In this document: positions 20,235 to 30,234 of the stretch, in pieces | Numbering within the stretch: position 1 is the first letter of the stretch | How the letters are laid out: every line of letters begins with the position of its first letter | From: Patescibacteria group bacterium | GTDB lineage: Bacteria; Patescibacteriota; Microgenomatia; UBA10105; UBA927 | DNA length: 64,000 nt | Assembly: GCA_003545435.1 (NCBI GenBank) | Contig: DPYI01000025.1 | Span: 19,701 to 83,700, forward strand | Direction of reading: 5' to 3' | Made by a program: the position numbers and the translations under genes | The notes under the pieces: generated by a model | The model's database searches: none | What the model was told of the DNA's origin: nothing | What the model saw: the letters and a program-made list of their open reading frames with translations, nothing else

Positions 20235-21066
20235 AATCTGTAGCATAGGCGCTTTTTTGCTTAAACAGAATATCAACAGAAGTTATCTTTCCTTCTTCTT
20301 CATATTGCCGCCCGATACGTTCAATAATAAACGGATGTCGAAAATGTGTTAGATAAGAAATGACTTTTCCCAAATCCCCGGAATTCGGCCTGTGCAAACT
20401 GGCTTCTATCAATACATAACGGCATTTCTTCAGCGTCTGTTTAGCTGATATGAGAACGGTGTATTCGCTTCCTTCGGTATCGATTTTCAATAGGTCGATA
20501 ATGTTGGTCTTTCTTACACAATCAATATCATCTAATCTCATTCCCGGAACAACCTCAATCCTATCCTTATCTGAATAGGGAAAAAAAGATGACAGAAGCG
20601 TTGTTTGGGGAATATGCATCTTCATGGTTTTCGAAATCCCTACTGCCAGATGAACGGATGAAGGATCATTTTTTTTCAGGAACCTGTATGCTTCTTCTAT
20701 CGGTTCGACACTGCAAACATGCTTGGCAGAGAGGTAGCTATAAGAAAAAAAATTAAACTGACCGATATTCGCGCCAATATCTATAATCGTACTCCCTTTT
20801 TTTATATATCCTTCCATAAACGCATTATCCACGTAAACGCTCTGAAGAAAGGAAATTCCGAATTGGTCGTTAAAGTGATAGGTTCGTCCGAAGATGTGTA
20901 TCTTTCCCGATATCGGCATATTGATGATCTTTTTTATGGATAGCACCACAAGGAGATAGTATTTTTTTAGGAGAAACTCTAATTTTAGAGTATCAGGAAG
21001 GTGAAGCAGACAAAACTGCCAATCAAGTTCCAAAGAACGAAAAATAAACCACCATATCATTTTCAT
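20224..21066 (-). CDS. FkbM-family SAM-dependent methyltransferase
   Basis: IIDIGANIG, VEP, LLKIDTEGSE. Confidence 0.88.
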   Translation of the reverse strand: MKMIWWFIFRSLELDWQFCLLHLPDTLKLEFLLKKYYLLVVLSIKKIINMPISGKIHIFGRTYHFNDQFGISFLQSVYVDNAFMEGYIKKGSTIIDIGANIGQFNFFSYSYLSAKHVCSVEPIEEAYRFLKKNDPSSVHLAVGISKTMKMHIPQTTLLSSFFPYSDKDRIEVVPGMRLDDIDCVRKTNIIDLLKIDTEGSEYTVLISAKQTLKKCRYVLIEASLHRPNSGDLGKVISYLTHFRHPFIIERIGRQYEEEGKITSVDILFKQKSAYATDYER

Positions 21067-22754
21067 AACTCGTGTTTACTTCTGACAGGCCTCTCCCCGG
21101 CTCGGTTTATCATCTCAGGTGATATAATCTGATTTCTCCTATAGATTACCACAACGCTCCCGTCACTTGGTACTATCACTTCACCGATTGCTTGGTATGC
21201 ATGGGGATAAACATCCAAAATTTCATGAAAACAACCAGAAGATACCCCGTCAACAGGTGATGATACGTTTCTGGCAATAATGTAATCTTTATTTAAAAAA
21301 TCCATCATATTGAACGTTCCAATGCTGGATACATAGGAAAAAAGAAATACTCCGTTTGTCAAATAGTGTTCAATGGAATAGAGTGCATTAGTCAGAGGCT
21401 CATGGACAATCAAGACCGACACCTTTGTTGGCTTCTCCCTGCTGTCTTTTGCAATTATTGACACGACACTGTTTGCGTGAATATACTCTTTTACCGGAGG
21501 CCAGACCATGGATGTAAGATAAATCCTTCGCGGATGCTGGATAAAAGAAGGGAGAACGATATCCTTGAGCCCCTGTTTTCCCATAATTCCTATCCCCCAC
21601 AGACACCCGAAATAACTCATGACACTGAATGTGCTTATGAGAATAAATAGCGTCCAATAAAGACGAGGAGCTTTAATGCCTGTCAGCCAAATCCCGGAAA
21701 GCACGGCGATAATCGGATAAAGAGGAACAATAAACCGATCATCTTTCCACAAAAACGCCGCGGAAAAAACAATGTACGGAATCATGAAACTTAGGAGCAA
21801 TCCGCCGTATTTTGTAATCCGGAAAAAACAGAACCCGCATCCCAGGAGGAACAACATAAAATAGAAAACTGTATTTTGGGAAATAATGTTTAGGTAGTAC
21901 ACGAGCGTTTTGACAGACCAGGGATTTGCGTATTCAATCCCTTTGTATGCTGTTACCCATGCCGAGCTGTTTATACTGTTCCTTCGAACATAATCGAAAA
22001 ACAGAGAAATATTGGGAATGTAATAAAGAAACAAGGACAACATAACTGATAGAATTATGAAAATAAATGCATTTGATAACCGAATTATCTTTTGACTTTT
22101 TCTTTCTTTTTTCCATGAAACAACAAGGATAGACAATTCCCATAGTATTGCTCCTGAAATGAATATCGGTGCTACCCATCGCGTCAGGGATCCTCCAACA
22201 AACATAAGGGCTGCATAAACGCTCATCCGTCTGTTTAAAAATCCGTTACTTTTTAAAAGAAACAGCATCGATAAGGAAACCCACATGGTTGTTGCCGTTT
22301 CAGAATAAGCAAAATGCATATAAAAGAGAGGAAATCCCATTCCTGCAAAAATCAGAGAGGCAAGAACAGCGCTTCGCGTATTACCAAATTCTTTTACAAT
22401 AAAGTAGATAGCCAAAAGTGTCACGATAAAGTATATTCCGTTTACAAGAAGAGAGACAAAATAGCTTTGTTCCGGCCCGGTGATCGTAAGGACGATTGCA
22501 CTTATGAGAGGATAGAGCGGTTGCCTGTAGTCACTGGCCTTCATAAGTCTCGCCCATAGATCCGGAGAAGGAGACCGCAGTAGAGAGTAAAATGTTCTGG
22601 ATAATCCCACGTAATGGTGCTCGTCCCACTGCGGATACTGTCTGGTTTTTGAAATATATAGCATGTGACCGATAAAAATTCCTATGCATATGAAAGTCAG
22701 AAACAGTGTAGGAATATCACTCTTGGCTATCAATCTCATTTTTTTAATAATCAT
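21063..22754 (-). CDS. GT-C glycosyltransferase (PMT_2/ArnT-like)
   Basis: PQWDEHHY, RQPLYP, AYSE, KDDRF and more than 10 TMs. Start trimmed to 22754. Confidence 0.72.
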   Translation of the reverse strand: MIIKKMRLIAKSDIPTLFLTFICIGIFIGHMLYISKTRQYPQWDEHHYVGLSRTFYSLLRSPSPDLWARLMKASDYRQPLYPLISAIVLTITGPEQSYFVSLLVNGIYFIVTLLAIYFIVKEFGNTRSAVLASLIFAGMGFPLFYMHFAYSETATTMWVSLSMLFLLKSNGFLNRRMSVYAALMFVGGSLTRWVAPIFISGAILWELSILVVSWKKERKSQKIIRLSNAFIFIILSVMLSLFLYYIPNISLFFDYVRRNSINSSAWVTAYKGIEYANPWSVKTLVYYLNIISQNTVFYFMLFLLGCGFCFFRITKYGGLLLSFMIPYIVFSAAFLWKDDRFIVPLYPIIAVLSGIWLTGIKAPRLYWTLFILISTFSVMSYFGCLWGIGIMGKQGLKDIVLPSFIQHPRRIYLTSMVWPPVKEYIHANSVVSIIAKDSREKPTKVSVLIVHEPLTNALYSIEHYLTNGVFLFSYVSSIGTFNMMDFLNKDYIIARNVSSPVDGVSSGCFHEILDVYPHAYQAIGEVIVPSDGSVVVIYRRNQIISPEMINRAGERPVRSKHEL

Positions 22755-22770
22755 ACATATCAGCGAATCA

Positions 22771-24090
22771 TTACTGTTCGTTGTATTGAAGTATCGCAAA
22801 TGCCGATAGAATGCTGATAATGACAAGTGTGGCATACGTGGCAACAATTCCAATCCGTTTGCTCCAGTTTCCTTTAATAAATACCGGAAGACTGATACAC
22901 GCGCATAAAAAAAGCCACATCCGATGAATAACAAATGAAAAACCAAAAACCGGAACCCAAACCATTTCAAAAAGGGATAATCCTAAAAGCGTTAAAACAG
23001 GGCACATAATATGCGGTATTTTACCGATTCCTTCTTTCAAAAAGACAGCAAATGAAACCGCAAAAAACGGATAGAACGGATACCGGTACCATCCGTGACC
23101 CAATTCGCTGGGTATTGCAAAAAGAAACACCAGAAGATAGGACAGAAATCCAACGATGATGCCAATGTGTCTTTTGTAGTTAGCGGATATTACGACAAAA
23201 AGAACGATCCATCCCATATAAACCCATCCGTCAAGAAACGATCTGTCTGTAAGAAGCGGATCCTGAAATATTTTAAAGAAACTTCCGAAGCTTAATTGAT
23301 ATCGGTTCAGCTGAAGTTTCCATAATCCAAAAAAAACTTCTCTTCCGTATGCCATTCCATAGAAACAAAAAGCGGTAATACTCAATGCCGCCATGGCAAT
23401 GACACCGAATCCTTCTTTCTTCTTCTTATGAGAAAAAAAATACAGTGCAGAGGCAAGCGGCGCGGATATCCATGGAACTTTCGAAAGAGGTAATAAAAAA
23501 GAGAGGATAAAAACTAAAATGAGATACGTCTTATTTTTTTTGTCCACATACAATTTTGCCAAACCAAGACTTGTAAGAAATAACGGTATAAAAAAATTTT
23601 CATTCTGTAAAATGCGTGATCCGATAGCTATAGACGGAAATATAGAGTAAATTCCCGCACTTATAATCCCTGTTGTTGATCCATAAAAACTTGCAGCAAA
23701 GAAAAATACCGCAGCAATACTAAATATACCAAGGACAAAAGCAAGCGGACGAATGGTTGGAATTTCCACATCATCAAAATCCCGAACCCCGAATAGCATA
23801 TTGGACATGCCAGCAATCAGACCGAAAAAGGGCGGATGCTCAAGATAAGGGCGCACAAGACGAAAAAGTGTATGATCAGGATTCTGATAAAAGGTTACAT
23901 CTTTATATTGAGGATGCGGAGACCACGAAACAGGCACGCCTTCGGTAAGCAAACTTATTCCTAAATAGGACCATGCAAATTCATCAAACGTCGCACCTTC
24001 CCTGGGCCATATGTAAAGGTTTTTGTAACGTAACAGTCCGCCGATTGTTAAAATCAGTAACAATATCAAAATAACAGATAATTTTTTCAT
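22771..24090 (-). CDS. GT-C glycosyltransferase (PMT_2-like)
   Basis: LLRY..TFDEFAW, LEHPP, SR..QNEN, GWYRYPF and many TMs. Confidence 0.72.
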   Translation of the reverse strand: MKKLSVILILLLILTIGGLLRYKNLYIWPREGATFDEFAWSYLGISLLTEGVPVSWSPHPQYKDVTFYQNPDHTLFRLVRPYLEHPPFFGLIAGMSNMLFGVRDFDDVEIPTIRPLAFVLGIFSIAAVFFFAASFYGSTTGIISAGIYSIFPSIAIGSRILQNENFFIPLFLTSLGLAKLYVDKKNKTYLILVFILSFLLPLSKVPWISAPLASALYFFSHKKKKEGFGVIAMAALSITAFCFYGMAYGREVFFGLWKLQLNRYQLSFGSFFKIFQDPLLTDRSFLDGWVYMGWIVLFVVISANYKRHIGIIVGFLSYLLVFLFAIPSELGHGWYRYPFYPFFAVSFAVFLKEGIGKIPHIMCPVLTLLGLSLFEMVWVPVFGFSFVIHRMWLFLCACISLPVFIKGNWSKRIGIVATYATLVIISILSAFAILQYNEQ

Positions 24091-25208
24091 AAGACTTGCC
24101 TGACTGCCTCTTTTAAAAACGCATCACTTTTTTTCCCTGCATCGGTCCACGTCAACGATTCAGCCCATGTATGAGCATTTGTTTGGTATTTTTTATATAT
24201 CTCTCTATCCTGATACAGATGTAGCGAAGCACGGGCTAACTCTATAGGTGAATTATCAGTAATAACAATTCCGGTATGTCCGTCACGTACGACATCACGA
24301 AGTCCGGCAACGTTATAAACAACCGATGGAGTATATAAAAAGCCTGCTTCTAATACTACCAATCCCCACCCTTCTTTTACCGAAGCATGTAACAGAATAT
24401 GCGCTTTCGCCATTCGTATAAGTTTTTCTTTTTCATTCAACTTACCAAACCATGTTACTTTTTCATATATACCGTATTCACGGATCATCGATACAATTTT
24501 TTTTACATATCGATCTTCTCCGCCGCCTACAATCCATAATTTGGCTAAGGGTAATTCTTTTTGAACAAATGCGAACGCTTTTACCACTTCTTCTATGCCT
24601 TTCATTTTTACCACACGGCTAACGAAAATGAATGTCGGTACTTTTTCTTTTTTTACATGAACTTGTAACGCTATGTGGCGGGTAAAATTCGGAATCGGAC
24701 AATGAATGACCGTGATTTGATTCCGTTTGATTCCCCGCTCCATAAGCTCATGACCGGTAGATTCTGCATCTGTCCAAAACAATTTCTTGCGATATAACCG
24801 AAGATACCATTCTTCCATATGCTTCCCGATCCAGGATATGGGAGGGTTATACATAAAATTCCATATGTCCCCAGCGATTTCATGTATAAATACAATGATC
24901 GGTTTACTGGTACATAAAGGAGAAAAAAAAGGAATTCCATGAACCTCATCAACTATCAAATCATATTCATGGCTATGGAGAAGCAGATAGAATGGTGCAA
25001 GAAGATAAACAGTCTGTGACCCTGCCTGACGAAGGATACGTACATTATCAATCAGTTCCTCTTTTTTGGCTCCTTTATATCCGGAAGTGAACCATGTTAC
25101 TTTGTGTCCCGCGTGAACCCACCATTTTGCATATTCCATCGTGACTGCTTCAGCTCCCCCGCTTTTCGGATGTCTGGTATCTCTCCAATTGAGTATTAAT
25201 ATACGCAT
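24087..25208 (-). CDS. GT4 glycosyltransferase
   Basis: NWRD..HPKSGGAE, VSRVVKMKG, EGWGLVVLEA. Confidence 0.9.
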   Translation of the reverse strand: MRILILNWRDTRHPKSGGAEAVTMEYAKWWVHAGHKVTWFTSGYKGAKKEELIDNVRILRQAGSQTVYLLAPFYLLLHSHEYDLIVDEVHGIPFFSPLCTSKPIIVFIHEIAGDIWNFMYNPPISWIGKHMEEWYLRLYRKKLFWTDAESTGHELMERGIKRNQITVIHCPIPNFTRHIALQVHVKKEKVPTFIFVSRVVKMKGIEEVVKAFAFVQKELPLAKLWIVGGGEDRYVKKIVSMIREYGIYEKVTWFGKLNEKEKLIRMAKAHILLHASVKEGWGLVVLEAGFLYTPSVVYNVAGLRDVVRDGHTGIVITDNSPIELARASLHLYQDREIYKKYQTNAHTWAESLTWTDAGKKSDAFLKEAVRQVL

Positions 25209-25211
25209 ACA

Positions 25212-26003
25212 TTATCCTATGTTTATTCTGAAATTTAATTCCGGATCAAACCTCCATTTACGTTTATTAGTATTATCATAATAATGGAGAATATAAAGAC
25301 GATAAAAAACCGCAAGTGTGTCCTGCAACATATTTTTCACGGTATATATAACCTTTTTGGATGTAATACTTGATTGTACGTTTGCAAAATCCAGTTCAAC
25401 CGGAGCTTCATATATGCGTGTATAGCCTAAATAATAGGAAACAGCCAGCATTTCAATATCAAAAGCGAACTGTTTTACCAGAAGTCTTGGAAGGACATCT
25501 TCCAGAAGCTTCCTTTTATATATTTTCATCCCGACCTGCGTATCAGTGATATTAAGTCCAAAAAGAATTCTAACTATCTTCTGATACACCCACGAATAGA
25601 TCTTCCTAACCCAAGGGTAGATAATTTTCGAACCAGGATGACGTTTGCTTCCGATCACGATATCTGCTTTTTGGTATAAAAATTGTGTAATCATAAGCGG
25701 TAATGCGGATACGTTCAGATCTCCTCCGGCATCCATAAAACCGATGACATCCCCTGTTGCATGCGCAAATCCATATCTGACAGCATACCCTTTCCCGTGA
25801 TTTGTTTTATACCCTGCAATAATTATCCGTTTGTCCTTTATTTTCTGTATTTCTTCCCTGCTGTTGTCTAGCTCCCCGTCTATTACCGGTATTATCTCAA
25901 AAGGGACGGAAAGAGTTGATAAAGCCTTAATAGCTGATTGGATGTCCCGTTTAATCGTGTGCTCTTGCTTATATACGGGAATGATGAGAGAAAATTTCTT
26001 CAT
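25212..26003 (-). CDS. GT2 polyprenol-phosphate glycosyltransferase (DPM/DPG synthase-like)
   Basis: NHGKGYAV, FMDAG, IGSKR, TDTQVGMK, FAFDIE. Confidence 0.82.
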   Translation of the reverse strand: MKKFSLIIPVYKQEHTIKRDIQSAIKALSTLSVPFEIIPVIDGELDNSREEIQKIKDKRIIIAGYKTNHGKGYAVRYGFAHATGDVIGFMDAGGDLNVSALPLMITQFLYQKADIVIGSKRHPGSKIIYPWVRKIYSWVYQKIVRILFGLNITDTQVGMKIYKRKLLEDVLPRLLVKQFAFDIEMLAVSYYLGYTRIYEAPVELDFANVQSSITSKKVIYTVKNMLQDTLAVFYRLYILHYYDNTNKRKWRFDPELNFRINIG

Positions 26004-27262
26004 GCTGATTGTATTGAAGACGTCTTACTATACATATAGTAAAGAAATGCAGATACCGCAAATAAGAAGGTCACTCCGATATTTACGGAAATAACCTCCA
26101 TAATGGAATGATGGAAAAATGAAATAAAAACGATCTGAGTTATTGCAGCACAGACCGTTATAAACCATATAGAAAGTCTATTGATCGCAAGGCAGGCCAG
26201 AACAAAAACATTTCCCAACGAATACAGTGAAATAAAAGACGCAAAATAACCCAGGTATAAAGCTGCACCGCTGTAAGATGAACCAAAAAGAAGATGAATT
26301 ACTAACGCGGGTTTAATAAAGTAGATGAATGTGATTCCTATAGAAATAGCACACACTAATCCAAGTGCTACAACAAAGATTTTTCCTATTGGTTCTTTTT
26401 TTACCGATCGTTCAGACAAAACCGGAAATAAAACAGTCACAATAGCACTTGATGCGTAGAATATTACTTTCCCGAGAGTTGCAATTGCTGAATATAATCC
26501 TGCTTCCTGCGGAGTGAGAAAATGCCTGACCAGTACTATATCCATTGAATACAGCGATGTAAGCCCTAAAAGACTGATAAATGTGGGAATGCTGAATAAA
26601 ATCAGAGATTTTTTGGTAAGCGGAAACGGCTTACGTGCAGCGGTAAAAATAAATCTCATTGGAAAATACAAAAGTCCTAATGTTATAAAAGCAGCCAGAC
26701 CGGTACCTATCATGGTCCATTCTACCCCGAACCAGGCAAGAGGCGTACTGATAGAGAACTTTAAAAACATTCCTACACTGCTAAACACAGAGACCCACAA
26801 AAAAAGCTGAAAACCCTGCAATACGCTCAGATTTACTGCTGTAAAAATTGAAACTACGAAAATGAGAAATATCCAAAGCAGAGACCTGGGAGTAGTAAGA
26901 TTAAGAAATGATCCCAACAGAGGAATCAGCATGATAAATACTATGCATGAAATGCAGGTTATTTTCACAAGAATTTTCACCATTCGAAAGTAAAGGTCTT
27001 TTGCCTCACCCCGTGCATTGCCGGCCTTACACTCTGAAAAATATTTTGTAAGTACGGTTTGAAGTACTACCATTGGGACGCCAAAGATATAAAGAAGCGA
27101 TATGAGGGAGGATAATTCTCCGTATCCCACTGGTCCGAGTATGCGTCCTGCGAACAAATGATAAAGGTAGGATCCGATATTTGAAATCATGCTCCCTACA
27201 AAAACAATCGCACTCCCCCGCATGAGCGTATTGGAGGTAATTTTCGTAAGTAATTTGTGCAT
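26000..27262 (-). CDS. Wzx-like oligosaccharide flippase (MOP superfamily)
   Basis: About 12 TMs, GRILGP..YG, D..LVRHFL...AGLYSA, LFP. Confidence 0.82.
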   Translation of the reverse strand: MHKLLTKITSNTLMRGSAIVFVGSMISNIGSYLYHLFAGRILGPVGYGELSSLISLLYIFGVPMVVLQTVLTKYFSECKAGNARGEAKDLYFRMVKILVKITCISCIVFIMLIPLLGSFLNLTTPRSLLWIFLIFVVSIFTAVNLSVLQGFQLFLWVSVFSSVGMFLKFSISTPLAWFGVEWTMIGTGLAAFITLGLLYFPMRFIFTAARKPFPLTKKSLILFSIPTFISLLGLTSLYSMDIVLVRHFLTPQEAGLYSAIATLGKVIFYASSAIVTVLFPVLSERSVKKEPIGKIFVVALGLVCAISIGITFIYFIKPALVIHLLFGSSYSGAALYLGYFASFISLYSLGNVFVLACLAINRLSIWFITVCAAITQIVFISFFHHSIMEVISVNIGVTFLFAVSAFLYYMYSKTSSIQSA

Positions 27263-27296
27263 ATACTTGTCTTATACAGAATACGTTCATTCATCT

Positions 27297-27389
27297 TGTC
27301 ATTGCGACCCCGCCTTTGGCGGGGGAAGCAATCTTTATAATAAAGATCGCTTCGTCTCCCGACGTAACGTCGGGATCCTCGCGATGACA
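27297..27389. repeat. palindromic intergenic element 3 (TGTCATTGCGA...TCGCGATGACA)
   Basis: Shares GTCATTGCGA, GAAGCAATCTTTA and AGATyGCTTCGTC with element 2. Side hairpins CCCGCC-TTT-GGCGGG and TCCCGACG-TAA-CGTCGGGA. Confidence 0.8.
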
Positions 27390-27435
27390 GAGTGCGTAAG
27401 TTATGATATACAATAAGTTCGTTCTCATCTTTTTG

Positions 27436-28116
27436 TTAAACTCTGTTTTTGATGAGCGTCCATAAAGCTACCACTCCGTCAATCCACGTTAACTTTTTCC
27501 CTTCTTCGAATTTCCTGCCGAAGTATGATATGGGGACTTCATATATCTGATATCCTTTTTTTAGTATTTTTGCGGTAAATTCCGGCTCAAAATCAAATCG
27601 TTTCGCCTTCAGTGTCATTCCGTCAATAACTTTTCTTCTGAATACTTTGTATCCGGTCTCCATATCGGTAATGTTCGTATTATAAAGAATATTGGTTATA
27701 AAAGTTACAAATTTATTCCCCAATGCATACATATACATTGTAGAAAGATGAGGTCCCAAAAATCGCGACCCATAGACGACATCAACATGCGGATTATCAA
27801 ATGGAGACAGAAGCGTTTCATAATCTTTGGGGTTGTATTCAAGGTCTGCATCTTGAATAAGAACAAGATCTCCACTGGCGTACTTTAGACCTTCAATGAT
27901 CGCGCTTCCTTTCCCTTCGTTATGTATTTTATAAATAATCCTGTTTATCTTCTGCCATTTTTTCAACAACATCGGCGTCTTATCTGATGACCCATCATCA
28001 ACAACAATCACCTCCTTCACCCATCCGGGCTTTTTCCAGGATTCAACAGCCCCCAAAATGGCGTCAACAGTTCTCTCTTCGTTATAGACCGGGATAATTA
28101 TAGATAATTTGTTCAT
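27436..28116 (-). CDS. GT2 polyprenol-phosphate glycosyltransferase (DPM1-like)
   Basis: IPVYNEE, VDDGSSD, NEGKG, QDADLEY, YGSRF, TDMETGYK, FDFEPE. Confidence 0.9.
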   Translation of the reverse strand: MNKLSIIIPVYNEERTVDAILGAVESWKKPGWVKEVIVVDDGSSDKTPMLLKKWQKINRIIYKIHNEGKGSAIIEGLKYASGDLVLIQDADLEYNPKDYETLLSPFDNPHVDVVYGSRFLGPHLSTMYMYALGNKFVTFITNILYNTNITDMETGYKVFRRKVIDGMTLKAKRFDFEPEFTAKILKKGYQIYEVPISYFGRKFEEGKKLTWIDGVVALWTLIKNRV

Positions 28117-29207
28117 GCTACAAACCATCCTCTCAAAAACAAAGCCGATAAAATAATCTGAAGGATAACAAACAACAGTACAATGCTGTATTGTAAAGAC
28201 CGATTATCCAATTTACCGAGTATCAAAAAAAGAGGAAACGCAGAAAGAATATATCGGGGCATGGAAGATAACGTGCCCGTTAAAGTCGGAAGTGTTATCA
28301 CCAGAAAACTGTACATAAGGTCAGACCATGACGTCTTCATTTTCCATCCTAACCACAAGACGCAATAACCAAACAGTGTTGCGATTAATTCTACTATAGA
28401 TATGAAATAGGAAACCGGTGTCGGCTGGAGAAACGCAGTAAACAGAATCTTTAAATACCGCCACACAACCTGAGGCAATATGATAATACCATCGGTGCGA
28501 TTGGCTCCGAAGAGAGGCTGCATGTGGAAAAAATATAACGGATCACCTTTTGCTACGTATAAATATGTCATATACACAATAAGTCCCATAGGAATACATA
28601 AGATCGAAACAATGTCGCGGAGCAATATTTTTTTGGGCTTCTGACTAATATATTCAATTGCTGCATAAAACAATAATAACGCTCCAAATAGTTTTGTGGC
28701 GCTTGCTAACGCTCCAAATATTCCCGCCCACATCCATAATTTTCTTTTTGAAAATACATACACGAGCACGGAAAGAAGAAAAAATAATCCTTCTGTATAC
28801 ACTGCACAGAAAAAAAAGCTTGTTGGAAAGGTAATTAAAAAAACTACTGTCCACAAAGCGGTATGTTTATTTGTTCCGTATACATAGGAATGGAAAATAA
28901 GAACACCGATACTATATGAGGCCAATGAAATATATGTTCCTATTATCCAATATGGTACATCAAATAATTTTCTAAACGATGAGATAAGTATGGGGTAAAA
29001 CGGGAAGAAAGCTTCGCTTAAATGAAAATATCCATATTCGGCTATACGTAAATAATAAATACCGTCATGGTTTGCCCACGGACTGGGTCCGTTATATCCT
29101 ATATGTAACGGCACCATAGAGGAATATCTCTCGACGATATACAATGCTATCCGCCAAATCATCAATAACAAAATGACATTCCTGCTAATTTCCCAAAACT
29201 TTCTCAT
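28113..29207 (-). CDS. GT-C mannosyltransferase, PIG-V/GT76-like
   Basis: WANHDGIYYLRIAEYGY...AFFPFYP, FP..FF..AVYTEGLF, GDPLYF, SMPRY. Confidence 0.78.
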   Translation of the reverse strand: MRKFWEISRNVILLLMIWRIALYIVERYSSMVPLHIGYNGPSPWANHDGIYYLRIAEYGYFHLSEAFFPFYPILISSFRKLFDVPYWIIGTYISLASYSIGVLIFHSYVYGTNKHTALWTVVFLITFPTSFFFCAVYTEGLFFLLSVLVYVFSKRKLWMWAGIFGALASATKLFGALLLFYAAIEYISQKPKKILLRDIVSILCIPMGLIVYMTYLYVAKGDPLYFFHMQPLFGANRTDGIIILPQVVWRYLKILFTAFLQPTPVSYFISIVELIATLFGYCVLWLGWKMKTSWSDLMYSFLVITLPTLTGTLSSMPRYILSAFPLFLILGKLDNRSLQYSIVLLFVILQIILSALFLRGWFVA

Positions 29208-30234
29208 ACGATCGCAGTGTTGCTTTTGCTGTACGTTGCCAGGAAAATGTATGCATCCATGTGTGCCCGCGCTGAATTAATGTATTCCGTTCATCCATCG
29301 TAAAAAGTAAAATCCTTTTCATACCGTCCGCAATAGAATGATAATCGTTCGGATCGACCATGATTGACGGTCCTGCAATTTCCGACAGACTGGAAGAAGA
29401 GCTGCAGACAACCGGACACCCCAAAGACATAGCTTCAAGCACAGGAAGCCCGAATCCTTCATACAATGATGGTTGAATAAGCGCTTGGGCATGAATATAG
29501 AGTGAGACAAGAATTTCATCGTCCACATATCCTGTTTTTATAACCTGCTTTGCGATGCCAAGTTCTGATATCATTGCCATAATTTCCCGTGTCTGAATAA
29601 GCGATTGATCTAAAAATGCCTTTCCGACCAGAACGAGTTGGATGAACGACGGATAATCCTTAATACATGATGAGAATGCTTTTAGAAGACCGGGAATATT
29701 TTTATTCCAATTAACGTCACCAACATAGAGCACATATGTGTTTTTTATCCCATACTGTTTTTTAATCAACTCAAATTTCTTTGATAAAATATTTTTTTGC
29801 AGGGAAGGAGCCAGATAAATAACATCAATATCATCTTTGCCAACGCCGATACATTTTTCAATATCTCTCTTTGAACATTCGGAGTCTGTTATGATTCTCT
29901 GTTTTCTTTTCAATGAATATTTTTGAATCTCCCATTTGATGCTTCCCCGCAGTCCTTTTGGAAAATGCGCAGGATATACGATCGGAATAAGATCGTGAAC
30001 GGTTACCACAGTAGGTTTTGGAGAGCATATCGGAAGCGTCAAAAAGAACGGGTCAAAATAAGGGTAATGGATAATATCGGTTTGACGCGGAATCTGTTCT
30101 CTGTGGTGAAACAGATAATACGTATGACGGGATTCGTACGTTTCCAATGCTTTTACGAGATTTTTGGTATACCCGCCTATTCCGCGGTTAGTGTGGCCTC
30201 CATAAAAAGGAGATGTGTCTATGGCGATTCTCAT
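29185..30234 (-). CDS. GT4 glycosyltransferase (MtfB-like)
   Basis: RGIGGY, TVHDLIP, NKNIPGL, YEGFGLPVLEAM. Confidence 0.9.
   Translation of the reverse strand: MRIAIDTSPFYGGHTNRGIGGYTKNLVKALETYESRHTYYLFHHREQIPRQTDIIHYPYFDPFFLTLPICSPKPTVVTVHDLIPIVYPAHFPKGLRGSIKWEIQKYSLKRKQRIITDSECSKRDIEKCIGVGKDDIDVIYLAPSLQKNILSKKFELIKKQYGIKNTYVLYVGDVNWNKNIPGLLKAFSSCIKDYPSFIQLVLVGKAFLDQSLIQTREIMAMISELGIAKQVIKTGYVDDEILVSLYIHAQALIQPSLYEGFGLPVLEAMSLGCPVVCSSSSSLSEIAGPSIMVDPNDYHSIADGMKRILLFTMDERNTLIQRGHTWMHTFSWQRTAKATLRSYEKVLGN

Noticed and set aside
22755-22970. Long N-terminal extensions in the ORF track (also 10887-11090, 13848-13925, 36732-36863, 56497-56598)
   Set aside because: They overlap neighbouring genes or promoter gaps and precede the family N-terminus, so later ATGs were used.
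14670-27389. Palindromic elements as CRISPR repeats or tRNAs
   Set aside because: They are dispersed single copies with no repeat-spacer periodicity, no cas genes, and no T-loop or acceptor-stem signature.
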